From a virus (Duplodnaviria > Heunggongvirae > Uroviricota > Caudoviricetes), in the IMG/VR virus record IMGVR_UViG_2693429677_000015: 36,705 nt of DNA. One strand, written 5' to 3'. The position numbers and the translations under genes are program-made. This document shows, in pieces, positions 8,609 through 18,021 of this stretch. The notes beneath the pieces are model-generated. The model saw only the letters and a list, made by a program, of their open reading frames with translations, was not told the origin of the DNA and did no database searches. Numbering within the stretch: the stretch's first letter is position 1; each line of letters starts with the position of its first letter.

Positions 8609-9160
8609 TTAATTCTCGCTAATGTTCTGCGGTAATTCTGGCCATACAATCGCGGCATACGATGCTTTATCTGTAACCTGGCTGAATGTCATCTCCCGTA
8701 ACGTTTTTGTATAAATACGGCAGGCTTTCAGTTTTTCCCTGTCTTCGTCGCTGATTAATCCCAGCAGCAGGTCTTTTTCCCATTCGCTGGTCATGATGCT
8801 GACCTGTTTTAACTGTGCATCACGCTCATCTTCCGCTTTAAGTTTGTAGTCGAAGATAAAATTGCCATCGCGGTAAAACCAGTAACCAGGCACGGTAATA
8901 CGGCGATTAGCGGTAATATCCGGAACTTCAATAACACTGGCATTACGGGGTTCAATGCCTGTCACATCCTTACCGACCCACACCACGCGCCCGTCCCCGG
9001 TGTAAACCATTTTTATTGTGTCGCTGGCAAAGTTCTTCTGTTCTTCATGCCAGTTTTTGTCGTCTTCCGAAAAAAGCCAGGTGACACCATATTGTTTTGT
9101 CATCTGATATTGTTCTGCGGTTTTCGGATTGCCCGCAGTAATATTTTTTAAATGCAACAT
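8609..9160 (-). CDS. Tail fibre assembly chaperone (Tfa/gpG-like)
   Basis: 183 aa directly downstream of the gpH-like fibre; C-terminal ...AAIVWPELP resembles the Caudo_TAP family ending. Confidence 0.65.
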   Translation of the reverse strand: MLHLKNITAGNPKTAEQYQMTKQYGVTWLFSEDDKNWHEEQKNFASDTIKMVYTGDGRVVWVGKDVTGIEPRNASVIEVPDITANRRITVPGYWFYRDGNFIFDYKLKAEDERDAQLKQVSIMTSEWEKDLLLGLISDEDREKLKACRIYTKTLREMTFSQVTDKASYAAIVWPELPQNISEN

Positions 9161-9162
9161 TG

Positions 9163-10863
9163 TTAAACACTCGTCACGTTATACCAGGTGCCGTTAATCA
9201 GTTTCTGAAGCGGTCGGTAATACACGCCGCCGATGTTATCTGCCGAATTACTTCCGGTTTCCTGCACATTAATACCAGATAATCCATGGCCTGAAGGTGA
9301 GCGAAATGTCCAGGATATCTGGTTACCTCCCGGGTTGTAATACATTTCGGAACCATAACGCACATCCTGCACGCCGCCTGTTTTGCTCTGGTAACGGGCA
9401 TCAAAGTTTCCGTAGTCTGACGGTGTTACCCGCCCGGTAACGTTTACAGGTTTATTGCTCTGAATGCTGCCACTCTGAAAACGCAACACATGCACGCTAT
9501 TGGCATAAACATCCAGCAGGCCATCACCATTCTGTTTCAGGCCGGTATCGTTATCCCCGAAAGCAATTGAGTTTCCGCCCAGCGCGTTCTGAACGCCGAT
9601 ACCCAGCGCACCATTCACCTGAGAGCCGCCACCAACAGACACTTTATGCGACATGGATATTTCACCCGTCCGCAGATTAATAGTGAACGGACGCAGGGGA
9701 CCAATATCGCCATTTTCGCCCTGATTTTCCTGGGTGGGAATAAGATGCAGGCACTCTTCAGAGCGACGAAAAATCAGGCCAAAAGCTTCGTTGAAAATCC
9801 TCAGTGCATTAACACCACAGATTTTCAGCTCCCCGGTCATGGTGTCGCCGTCGCGCTCAACAGCGTCTTTTGCTTTATCCATTGCAGCTTTTACTGCCTT
9901 TGATGTGGCGGCGCGGTCTTCTGCGTCGCTGTCGGTGGAGTTGCTGTACTGCGCAAAGCCTTTCTCCTTCAGTGTTGCATCCGGATGATGGCGGGATTTT
10001 TCGTGCTCTGCCAGTGCATTGCTCTGTTCCTCGTCGGGTGTCTCCGGGCGCAGGTCCTGTGGGCCGTCTCCTGTCATTTTTGCAAGTGGCGCGACAAAGT
10101 GTCGGAAGCCGTTACCGTCTGTATAAGACGCATGTTCCTGGCGGGCGCAGAACGTAAAAACGGTATTCCATTCGCCGGTAACAAATCCCTGCCAGCTTGC
10201 ATCAATCCAGAGGGTATCCCCGACCGCAGCCGGCAGGCTGTAAGGTTTGCGCAGACTGACGCGCAGACCTCCCACATAACCCACGCCGGCGGCAACAGTA
10301 GCGGTACCATCCTGATAGCTGACCTGAAAACCATCCCCCAGAAAAGCGGCTTCACCGTAGTGATCAAACGCCAGCAGCCGGCGGGCCTCATCCATTCCTG
10401 CAAGGCGCGCAGTGAAATCAATCTGCCAGACATCGGCGCTGACATCGATATGCATTGCTGCGGCCGCGCCGTCAAACTCCATGGAAAATGTGCGGATCAG
10501 GTTGTTTCCCTGCACGCCGTTCGCTGTTTTAATTTTTTGCTGACGAGGTGTGTGTGCAATCATGCAGAGCACGCCGCTTTCTTCGTTCAGCAGACCGATC
10601 CAGTTGTATTCGAAGTCGCCGACTGTCGTGTCCAGAATGATGGAAAACGCGGTCGCGTTTGGCGACAGGAGGCCGTACTGGGTGACCGGCGCACGATACT
10701 GAATCATGGATTCATCAGGGAGTATCTCATCGCGGGGGATCTCTGCGGATTCATCCTGTCCCGGAATATATGCAAAAACAAATGTATCCGGGCGCGCAGG
10801 TTTTCCACTGATGAGCTGATTCGCACACCAGTGTTCGTACTGTTCAGTAATAATTGTGCTCAT
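9163..10863 (-). CDS. Tail fibre protein (P2 gpH-like)
   Basis: 566 aa; EHEKSRHHPDATLKEKGFAQYSNSTDSDAEDRAATSKAVKAAMD matches the conserved gpH segment (EHEQSRRHPDASLTAKGFTQLSSATNST...TPKAVKAAYD) as I recall it; follows gpI. Confidence 0.8.
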   Translation of the reverse strand: MSTIITEQYEHWCANQLISGKPARPDTFVFAYIPGQDESAEIPRDEILPDESMIQYRAPVTQYGLLSPNATAFSIILDTTVGDFEYNWIGLLNEESGVLCMIAHTPRQQKIKTANGVQGNNLIRTFSMEFDGAAAAMHIDVSADVWQIDFTARLAGMDEARRLLAFDHYGEAAFLGDGFQVSYQDGTATVAAGVGYVGGLRVSLRKPYSLPAAVGDTLWIDASWQGFVTGEWNTVFTFCARQEHASYTDGNGFRHFVAPLAKMTGDGPQDLRPETPDEEQSNALAEHEKSRHHPDATLKEKGFAQYSNSTDSDAEDRAATSKAVKAAMDKAKDAVERDGDTMTGELKICGVNALRIFNEAFGLIFRRSEECLHLIPTQENQGENGDIGPLRPFTINLRTGEISMSHKVSVGGGSQVNGALGIGVQNALGGNSIAFGDNDTGLKQNGDGLLDVYANSVHVLRFQSGSIQSNKPVNVTGRVTPSDYGNFDARYQSKTGGVQDVRYGSEMYYNPGGNQISWTFRSPSGHGLSGINVQETGSNSADNIGGVYYRPLQKLINGTWYNVTSV

Positions 10864-11495
10864 GCTTCGTCTGCCTGTAATGTGTAATGCTCCACGGACA
10901 GGCCGTAATGTCCTGCCTGTAGCGAAGCGGTTAACCAGATGGTGTCCTTTCTCACCGTTGCTTCTGCTGTGTGATACCTGTAATGACCATCAAATGTGCC
11001 GGCTGTCAGCCGGGCAGTGGTTGTATTGATTACCTGAAAGAAATAGCGCCTGCAGGTACGACCATACTGGCGCACGAGCTGCATCATCAGCGCGTTGTTT
11101 TCACTTAACTGGGTGTCATTAATGCGCAGTAAAATAACGTCCCAGTCATGCTGCAGTTGCCGTTCCAGTGTTTTAACGTCTCCCACGCCAAGACGCTTAA
11201 AGATGCGTTCGAAGCCGGCGCGTTCGCCAGAGTCCTGAGCGTTAATAAACGCGTGTTTCACTCTTAAGCGAAATAACGAAACCGGCTCACCTTTAAATCG
11301 GGTGATATTGCGCTGATAAGCCAGCAGGTTAAGTAAAGGCTCTGCGCAGGTGTCGACATCAATCTGCTGTAGTGGCCACGTCAGCCAGCTGTATACCTTT
11401 TCCCAGTAGCGATGCGATGAATGTGCCAGCGTTAACGGCTCGCCTTTATTCATCCAGGTGGGGAGCGGGAATTCAGGGATCTCCGGAAGTTTCAC
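10860..11495 (-). CDS. Baseplate protein (P2 gpI-like)
   Basis: 211 aa between gpJ-like and gpH-like genes; GTG start with GGAGGTGA 5 nt upstream; overlaps gpJ stop. Confidence 0.7.
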   Translation of the reverse strand: MKLPEIPEFPLPTWMNKGEPLTLAHSSHRYWEKVYSWLTWPLQQIDVDTCAEPLLNLLAYQRNITRFKGEPVSLFRLRVKHAFINAQDSGERAGFERIFKRLGVGDVKTLERQLQHDWDVILLRINDTQLSENNALMMQLVRQYGRTCRRYFFQVINTTTARLTAGTFDGHYRYHTAEATVRKDTIWLTASLQAGHYGLSVEHYTLQADEA

Positions 11496-12676
11496 GCGCT
11501 CACCTCCACAGTAAGGGATTCCAGACGAGGAACAGCCAGATCACTGAGAATATCCGGAAGAGAAAATGTAACCGACTCCACCTGCGGAAATACCTGGTGG
11601 ATCTCTTCGCCCAGTCTGGACATGCTGAAACGGCTGTACGGCCATGTTTTCTGAACGTCATAATCGCTGTTTTCTCGAAATGCACAGCGAACCAGATTTT
11701 CCACATTGCGCAATAACGTCTGAATTTCCTCATCGCTGAGGTTCAGTGTTGCATATAACCAGAGTGTCACGGTCAGGGTGTGGCGTGTTTCAGGCATGGA
11801 AAAACAGCGCAGATCATCACCGTGTCCGTGATGACCTTCATCGTTAATGAATGCGTTTACGGCATCAACGAACGGTTCGGATGCGATGCCGGTATCCAGC
11901 AGAATGTAAGCATTTGCTGTGCCGGGGCCGCGTGGTGCGTCATGCAGAAAATAGATGCGGTCGGCACTGATGCCGGCAACGCCGGCAATTAATCCCCGGT
12001 AAACAGCATCTGTGTGATAAGCGCCGGCAAGATTAAACTGATTGCGAACACGATCACGCAGCTCGTCATCGCTTTCTTCGTTGGCACCCGGTGTGGTCAG
12101 CCAGTTTTCATCGTTCTCAACGCCGGCAATACCATCAATCGCCACCGGAAGGATGCGGTAATATCCCGGCGCAAGGTTAAAGCCGGCTCCGGCCTGTTCC
12201 GCAGAAACATCGATGTTCATGCTGAGTGTTCCTACCGGAATAACGGTATCCCTGACAACGGTCAGCGTATAAATCACGCCGTTAATGCGTTCTGTCTGAA
12301 TCTGCGTACCGGCCGGCACGGTAACTGCGCGATCAATGTCGTTCTTGGTGAAACGAATCACGCCGGCTGCGTGCGTGGCGGCCTTGCGTTGCAGGTTTAC
12401 CGCCCAGGCAAAAACATCAACGAATACACCGCTGGCATCGGCCAGAAACAGGTTTTTCATCACCACATTAACCAGCGCATCTTTCAGCCACATCACGGGT
12501 TTTGTGGTGATGGCTGTAATCAGTCGCCAGAACGGCGACATGCGGGATGTGTTGGTGATAAGCCCTTCGTCTTTGATAATGGCTTCAAATTCAGCGCGTG
12601 CCTGTTCTTCGGTTACCGGCATGCCGTTATCAGCCAGAATGCGCTCGTAATCTGCGGTGGGTTTGCCGTTAATCAT
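11492..12676 (-). CDS. Baseplate assembly protein (P2 gpJ-like)
   Basis: ~394 aa; position W-J-I-H; ATG at 12676, one codon inside the TTG-initiated ORF of the track. Confidence 0.75.
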   Translation of the reverse strand: MINGKPTADYERILADNGMPVTEEQARAEFEAIIKDEGLITNTSRMSPFWRLITAITTKPVMWLKDALVNVVMKNLFLADASGVFVDVFAWAVNLQRKAATHAAGVIRFTKNDIDRAVTVPAGTQIQTERINGVIYTLTVVRDTVIPVGTLSMNIDVSAEQAGAGFNLAPGYYRILPVAIDGIAGVENDENWLTTPGANEESDDELRDRVRNQFNLAGAYHTDAVYRGLIAGVAGISADRIYFLHDAPRGPGTANAYILLDTGIASEPFVDAVNAFINDEGHHGHGDDLRCFSMPETRHTLTVTLWLYATLNLSDEEIQTLLRNVENLVRCAFRENSDYDVQKTWPYSRFSMSRLGEEIHQVFPQVESVTFSLPDILSDLAVPRLESLTVEVSA

Positions 12677-13019
12677 CAAGAGATACCGTAAAAGTCAGGG
12701 GTTCAAAAAAATCTTCGGTGTGGGCGCTAATCAGCAGGCGACCAGAAAGCGGGGTTTCTTCTGTCACACTGACCGTGCCGGGTGTGATGCGCTCATCATC
12801 TTCAATCAGCAGTGTCATCTGCATCATGATGTCGGCACGAAGTGTCGGGCTTTTTTCAGCCAGCAGGCGCGTTGCCAGTCCGCTCTCAATGATGGCGTGC
12901 TGGCAGTCCTGGGCAATACTTTCCCTGTTGTTGCATAACACCGGCTCACTGGCGCTGTTCAGCGTGAGATTGCGGCCGGTGATGAGCAAATCAATGTAAA
13001 GCGGTTTATCAGTATGCAT
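12669..13019 (-). CDS. Baseplate wedge protein (P2 gpW-like)
   Basis: ATG at 13019 (MHTDKPLY...) gives 116 aa; start lies 8 nt from the tape-measure stop; the longer track ORF would overlap the tape-measure gene. Confidence 0.6.
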   Translation of the reverse strand: MHTDKPLYIDLLITGRNLTLNSASEPVLCNNRESIAQDCQHAIIESGLATRLLAEKSPTLRADIMMQMTLLIEDDERITPGTVSVTEETPLSGRLLISAHTEDFFEPLTFTVSLDD

Positions 13020-15105
13020 GCAGCTCCATCCACTCGTTAAGACGGGCAGGGGATGGATCCTGCACATTGACGTTAACCACACGACGGGAGTTGTCGATGG
13101 TGGTCTGGTTTTCGCTGTTGTTCTGCATCTCTGCCGCAATGCCGCCCGGTCCCGCACTGATGGCTTTGCCGCCGGTTAATACGGAGCCTTCGCCACTTCC
13201 TGTGCTTTCCGGTGTGTCGATATTGACGCCGGGGATCATGTTGAGCTTGCCTACAATCCAGCCCCATGAATCACTGAAGGACTGTTTCACCAGTTCCCAG
13301 AGGTTACTGAAAATATTCAGGATGCCGCCCGCGAGATCCTTCAGGGCATCCAGTGGTGAATGCGTGGAAAAATAGTTAACCAGTGCATTCCAGCCGTCCT
13401 GGATTGTGTTCCATGCATTGCCGAACCATGCCCCCATACTGCCGACCATTTCAGCCACCCACTGAAAGGCGGCAGTATCCATCAGCGCGACTTTAATCTC
13501 ATCCCAGCGGGTGATCAGGAAATAAATGCCCACGCCCAGCGCAGCCAGTGCCAGGATGATTAATGTGATGGGGCTGAAAAGTAACTGTGTTGCAATTGCA
13601 GCTCCGCTGGTGACTGCGGTGTAGATTTTCATTGCTATGCCGGCGGCACCCAGCGCAACAGAATAAAGCCAGAGTCCGGCGCGCTGTAATTTCAGCAGCG
13701 CCAGCTGAATTTTTGCTTTGACGTTGTATGTTCCCATAGCAATGGACATGGCCAGATACAACGCCCTGACCGTTCGGGCAACTACAGTGAATGCCCACAT
13801 GGTAGCCGTCAGTGTGCGTTTCAGCAGAATGAGAATCTTCAGGGGTGCAACTGCTGCCAGCCAGACCAGCCGCAGTCCTGTCCAGACAAACTTCGCCACA
13901 CCCACCATAATGTTGACAACGGCACCCACTGCGGCAATGCCCAGCAGGGCGGCAGACAGTAAACCAATAGCCCGTGTGATATTGGGATACAGACGTAACC
14001 AGGCAACAAAGGATTTACCGCCTTCGTTGCTTTTCTGGATAAACGGGTACAGAACAGGCAGCAACTGCGTGCCGATTTCGATGCGAATGCCGTTAATAAT
14101 TGCGGCGGCCTGTTCCCATGGATCAGCCATGGCCTGCGCCATTTCGACAGCCTTATCCATACCTTTGATATTGCCCAGCGTGGCGATATTCTTTTCAAGT
14201 CCGCCAATGTCCGCATTGAGTAATTTAATCATGGCCACAGCTTCATCGGAGCCAAAGGCGCTTTTCAGCAAATCGGAATCAGCCACTTTTGACAGATCAC
14301 CAAATTTACCCCTGATAAGTTTCATGATCTCGACAACACTTTTCATCGTGCCGTCTTTATTCACGAAATTAAGCCCCAGCTTTTTCTGGGCGCTGCCTAC
14401 TGCGGCAAGAAATGCCTTGTATTTTGTCCCGGCCTCGCTGCCACTCATGGTGGCCTGTAGTTGTCCCAGCACGGCGAACTGTTCAGCCGCATCAATACCG
14501 GCCGCTTTTGCACTGGCACCCAGCGTGGTGAACGCTGCTGACATGTTATCGCCGGTTGTTTTAAACATTTGCACGGCGGTGGCGGTTTGCCCGGCGACCT
14601 GCTCCACCCATTTGCTTTTTCCCATGGCATCAGCCTGGTCTTTAAAGATGCCGTACATGGTGCCCATGTAGGCGGTAATGGTCTGGCTGCTGGATTTGGT
14701 TGCTGCTGCCACCGTTGCTGATGCGGTGGTGAAGCGCGACAGCTCATCGTCAGTTAACCCGGCAATGGCTGACTGGATGTCGTAAGAAGCACGCACAAAA
14801 TCCTGCGCAGCCCCGCCGTATTCCATAGTGAAATCAACGGCGGCGCGGCTGAGTTTACGCAATCCGGACTCTGCGACGCCCAGTGATTTCACCTCACCGA
14901 GCGCCCTGTCCATTTCAATGGCTGGCATCAGTGCCCCCTGAATGGCTGCACCCACTCCCCAGAGCGCAGCGCCTCCGGTAGCAATGTCCCGAAAGGCTCC
15001 CCGACTTGTTGCAGCAAATCCCTGAACCTGTCGCCCGGCTGCACGCAACGGCCTTGTCAGGCGGTCTGTCAGTTCAAGAAGTAATTCAAGGCGCTGTTGT
15101 GACAT
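13009..15105 (-). CDS. Tail tape measure protein
   Basis: 698 aa, Ala/Gly-rich helical N-terminal half, central hydrophobic segments, position after the tail chaperone; ATG overlaps the stop of the E' extension frame (TAATG). Confidence 0.85.
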   Translation of the reverse strand: MSQQRLELLLELTDRLTRPLRAAGRQVQGFAATSRGAFRDIATGGAALWGVGAAIQGALMPAIEMDRALGEVKSLGVAESGLRKLSRAAVDFTMEYGGAAQDFVRASYDIQSAIAGLTDDELSRFTTASATVAAATKSSSQTITAYMGTMYGIFKDQADAMGKSKWVEQVAGQTATAVQMFKTTGDNMSAAFTTLGASAKAAGIDAAEQFAVLGQLQATMSGSEAGTKYKAFLAAVGSAQKKLGLNFVNKDGTMKSVVEIMKLIRGKFGDLSKVADSDLLKSAFGSDEAVAMIKLLNADIGGLEKNIATLGNIKGMDKAVEMAQAMADPWEQAAAIINGIRIEIGTQLLPVLYPFIQKSNEGGKSFVAWLRLYPNITRAIGLLSAALLGIAAVGAVVNIMVGVAKFVWTGLRLVWLAAVAPLKILILLKRTLTATMWAFTVVARTVRALYLAMSIAMGTYNVKAKIQLALLKLQRAGLWLYSVALGAAGIAMKIYTAVTSGAAIATQLLFSPITLIILALAALGVGIYFLITRWDEIKVALMDTAAFQWVAEMVGSMGAWFGNAWNTIQDGWNALVNYFSTHSPLDALKDLAGGILNIFSNLWELVKQSFSDSWGWIVGKLNMIPGVNIDTPESTGSGEGSVLTGGKAISAGPGGIAAEMQNNSENQTTIDNSRRVVNVNVQDPSPARLNEWMELHAY

Positions 15106-15586
15106 TACGATCCCTTAAAAGCACGGATAATGCCGTTATTGACGGCGATGCTCATATTTTCCCAGTAGTGGTTATCCAGCCAGACGGCGGCAGCCAGTGA
15201 CTGCGGCGAGTCATCCTCGCCGGGCAGCCAGTGGCGGCGCAGGATCAGCATCCGGGTAAGGTCATTGCGATCAATGGCCCCCAGATGGCTTTTTATTTTT
15301 TTACGGTGATTTCCACTTCCGGCACAAACTCGTTATTCACGGCTGTTGCCAGGCTGGCCGGCATTCCTGGTTTTTCCAGCAACTGGTTAAGCAGATCGCG
15401 GTGCTCTTTAATCACGATACGGCGCAGGTAGTTTTTCAGCGGCGCGATTTTGTTATCCGGCATGAAGTCGTTCTGCAGGTCGTTGTAGGCTTTTACGGTC
15501 GGGATAAACGTCAGTTCATGCTCGCCGACCTGTAAAGTGATGGTGTTCTCTGCGGTAGTCTGGGTGTTTTTATCGTTCATCATCAT
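15105..15586 (-). CDS. Tail assembly chaperone E' (E extended by programmed -1 frameshift)
   Basis: -1 slip at A AAA AAA (15302..15296) opens a 63-codon stop-free frame (IKSHLGAIDRNDLTRMLILRRHWLPGEDDSPQSLAAAVWLDNHYWENMSIAVNNGIIRAFKGS) whose TAA overlaps the tape-measure ATG. Confidence 0.5.
15293..15586 (-). CDS. Tail assembly chaperone (P2 gpE-like)
   Basis: 97-aa ORF upstream of tape measure; ends ...GUA AAA AAA UAA with an A-AAA-AAA slippery heptamer. Confidence 0.6.
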   Translation of the reverse strand: MMMNDKNTQTTAENTITLQVGEHELTFIPTVKAYNDLQNDFMPDNKIAPLKNYLRRIVIKEHRDLLNQLLEKPGMPASLATAVNNEFVPEVEITVKK

Positions 15587-15650
15587 TTCCTTTTAAAGTC
15601 AAGAATAAGAGGGCTTAATAAGCCTGCAGGAAGGCTTATTAAGCGTAAAA

Positions 15651-15992
15651 TCAGCGCACGCCGTCGTGCTCAAGGCTGAAATGATTGCCATCCGGGCGTT
15701 TTTTAAAACGACCGCCCCATGCGCCACCAAGAGACTCCCAGTACTCGCCCAGCTCGCGGTAGGCCTCTGTGCGGGTCTGATATTCACCGTTAATAAACAG
15801 GTTAAAATCCACGGCCAGCCGCTGGCAGTGCAGGCTGTTGGCAATGCCGGATCCCTTTTGTGCGTTGAGTTTTGCCTGTTCTGGCGTGCGGTACGCCTCA
15901 CCGAACGTCAGGCCATAACCGCGCTGATGGGCAAACTCGATGAGTTTTCCGATCATGACGGTAAATTGTTGTTGCTTATCGGAGAGTTTCAT
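15651..15992 (-). CDS. Endolysin, peptidase M15 family (zinc D,D- or L-Ala-D-Glu peptidase fold)
   Basis: 113 aa with H-x6-D ... H-x2-H arrangement (HCQRLAVD ... NHFSLEH) typical of small M15 phage peptidases; immediately downstream of the holin-like gene. Confidence 0.65.
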   Translation of the reverse strand: MKLSDKQQQFTVMIGKLIEFAHQRGYGLTFGEAYRTPEQAKLNAQKGSGIANSLHCQRLAVDFNLFINGEYQTRTEAYRELGEYWESLGGAWGGRFKKRPDGNHFSLEHDGVR

Positions 15993-16096
15993 TTTTGCTC
16001 CTTATGAGGTTGCTGAGGTTTGCGCAGCCAGCGCCACAACGCCCGGATAATTTTCCATGCAATGGCGGCAGCTTTTTGTTCCCTGCGGGACAGCAT
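15989..16096 (-). CDS. 35-aa cationic small ORF between holin and endolysin (speculative)
   Basis: MLSRREQKAAAIAWKIIRALWRWLRKPQQPHKEQK; GAGGAG 8 nt upstream; its TGA overlaps the endolysin ATG (ATGA coupling). Confidence 0.2.
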   Translation of the reverse strand: MLSRREQKAAAIAWKIIRALWRWLRKPQQPHKEQK

Positions 16097-16101
16097 TGCT
16101 G

Positions 16102-16398
16102 TTACTCCTCTTTGTTCTCTTTCTCGCCCAGCTTCCGGCGCATATGACGCAGGAAGATTTCCACAACCTGGTAACCGGCAACGCCCATTGCAGTGCCTGC
16201 GCCGGCAATGGCCAGTGGGTCAAGGTTCGGGTAACGAACCAGCAGGGCGGCGGCAGAAACACCCAGCGCGCTCCCCAGCAGGGTTCGACCCACAAACAAC
16301 CGCAACGTAATCGGCTCTGCGCCAGCCAGCACCCGACTTGCGGCAGCGATTCCGCCCAGAATGCCCAGGGTGATAATGGTGCGCTCATGCTCCTGCAT
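16102..16398 (-). CDS. Holin-like small membrane protein
   Basis: 98 aa, two or three predicted TM segments and a charged C-terminus (RRKLGEKENKEE); directly upstream of the endolysin. Confidence 0.55.
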   Translation of the reverse strand: MQEHERTIITLGILGGIAAASRVLAGAEPITLRLFVGRTLLGSALGVSAAALLVRYPNLDPLAIAGAGTAMGVAGYQVVEIFLRHMRRKLGEKENKEE

Positions 16399-16401
16399 GG
16401 T

Positions 16402-16857
16402 TCACCCCATCAGTCCGCGCACGTCGTTCTCTGAGAGAACGGGCACGCCGTTGATACGCACAAAGTCAGGGCTTGCCACCACGTACTTGATTTTGTGCGT
16501 GGTCAGATCTGCGCTCTCGGTGTCAATGCTTAACAGGCCGGAAAGCATCAGCTCGCAACCGAAGGCTTCGACGCGGATTTCTTCAGTGCCCGTGTTGGCG
16601 TAAAACACAAAATCCATTGGCGGCAGATCGCGCCACGATCCCGCCTGAGCAGCTACTTCCCCGAGCTGGTTAAAGCTGCGGGTACTCATTTCGATTTCAC
16701 CTTCGGCACTGACAGGTCCACGCAGTTTACCGTCAGGGATGCCACGGGTTTTGGCAACGGCGCTTTCATCGCTGATGTCCAGTGAGATGCTTTTCACATG
16801 GATATCCGTTCCACCGATAAAGGTGTCAAACGCCATGCCGTTAATGCGGGTCGTCAT
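16402..16857 (-). CDS. Tail tube protein (gpFII-like)
   Basis: 151 aa immediately downstream of, and overlapping, the sheath gene. Confidence 0.65.
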   Translation of the reverse strand: MTTRINGMAFDTFIGGTDIHVKSISLDISDESAVAKTRGIPDGKLRGPVSAEGEIEMSTRSFNQLGEVAAQAGSWRDLPPMDFVFYANTGTEEIRVEAFGCELMLSGLLSIDTESADLTTHKIKYVVASPDFVRINGVPVLSENDVRGLMG

Positions 16858-18002
16858 GCGTTTTCCTCCAGAGATTTATCCAGCTGAATGCCCACTTTGA
16901 TGGTTTTAGGGCAGGCGTAAGGGCGGACAACAATGCTGATGCTGACCGTCTTTTCGTCCTGCCAGGTGATAACCACGTCGCCTTTCTTGGGCGATTTCAC
17001 TTCGCCCGGAAACGTGATGCCGTTAATCTGCGTGGATTTCGCCATGGCACGCAGTGGGCGGGCAAACAGCGTTTCATGTGCGGCAATGCTGCCCGGCGTG
17101 CTGTTCAGCGAGCGATCTGCAATCTTGGGGATGGCCATCAGCCGCACGCGGCGCGCCACCTTATCAGCAATGCGGACATGCTCAATGACGTTGAAGTCCC
17201 CGCCTTCCACCTCAAGTGTTACACCGTCAGCCCAGTAAAGACCCTCATAGTCGGCATACCACATGGGCACGCTGTAGCGGGCGGTTGCCAGTGCCTGCAG
17301 GGTGTCGAGATCAATTGCCTGCCCTGCGCTGTCTTTCGGGCGCTCTGTGGTTTTCAGTGCGGACAGCGCCCCGGTTGCCACACGTGCCGGGCTGTCAGCA
17401 ATGGTGACGGCGCTGTTACACAGACGACCGGCAAGAACGCCCGGTTCAAATCCAAAAATCTCCGGAACCAGCATGACCTGCGGGGCTGCAATGCCTTTCT
17501 GTAGCGTGGTCAGCTCGGCAACGTATTCCGCCCAGGTTTTACTGTTGTCGTTGGCGGCGATAGTCAGGATGAACCAGATGCGGCGCTGATATTTATTGAT
17601 GATGGTCTGACGTAACGCCTGTATGGCGTTGATGTCATCCTTCGTGCTGACCGGTTCGGTGATCACCACTCCTTCAACTGAAACAGTTTCCTGAGCCGCC
17701 AGTATGGCGTTCTGCCATGCCTGGCAGGCTGGCGTCGCTTCTTTGCCCTTGCCGGCTTCCGGCAGAACGGCAACATAGAAAAAGGCATTCTGTCCGGCAT
17801 TGGTCAGTGCGGACTGAAGGAAGTTCTTCAGCGGGGTGGCTTTCGTTCCCAGTAGCTCGTCCAGATCACTGTTGGCATTAACCGGCAGAACCTTACCTTT
17901 GTTGTTTTGTGCATTGCCCACAAACAGCAGCGTATTTTCCACGCCGTCCGGTGAACTGCTGAATGTGTTGTACTGTTCAATCGTGACAGATGGCCATGTC
18001 AT
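16854..18002 (-). CDS. Contractile tail sheath protein (gpFI-like)
   Basis: ATG at 18002 preceded by AGGAGA; 382 aa; sheath-tube gene pair order. Confidence 0.8.
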   Translation of the reverse strand: MTWPSVTIEQYNTFSSSPDGVENTLLFVGNAQNNKGKVLPVNANSDLDELLGTKATPLKNFLQSALTNAGQNAFFYVAVLPEAGKGKEATPACQAWQNAILAAQETVSVEGVVITEPVSTKDDINAIQALRQTIINKYQRRIWFILTIAANDNSKTWAEYVAELTTLQKGIAAPQVMLVPEIFGFEPGVLAGRLCNSAVTIADSPARVATGALSALKTTERPKDSAGQAIDLDTLQALATARYSVPMWYADYEGLYWADGVTLEVEGGDFNVIEHVRIADKVARRVRLMAIPKIADRSLNSTPGSIAAHETLFARPLRAMAKSTQINGITFPGEVKSPKKGDVVITWQDEKTVSISIVVRPYACPKTIKVGIQLDKSLEENA

Positions 18003-18021
18003 GGTTTGTCTCCTGATTTTG

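Noticed and set aside
9985-10887. 300-aa plus-strand ORF
   Set aside because: Lies entirely antisense to the gpH-like tail fibre gene in GC-rich coding sequence, with no ribosome-binding site; a typical shadow ORF
13718-14671. 317-aa plus-strand ORF
   Set aside because: Antisense to the tape-measure gene; Ala/Ser/Pro-rich composition expected from the reverse frame of a GC-rich gene
15599-15901. 100-aa ORF in another frame within the endolysin gene, considered as an embedded spanin
   Set aside because: No N-terminal signal peptide or lipobox and no TM segment
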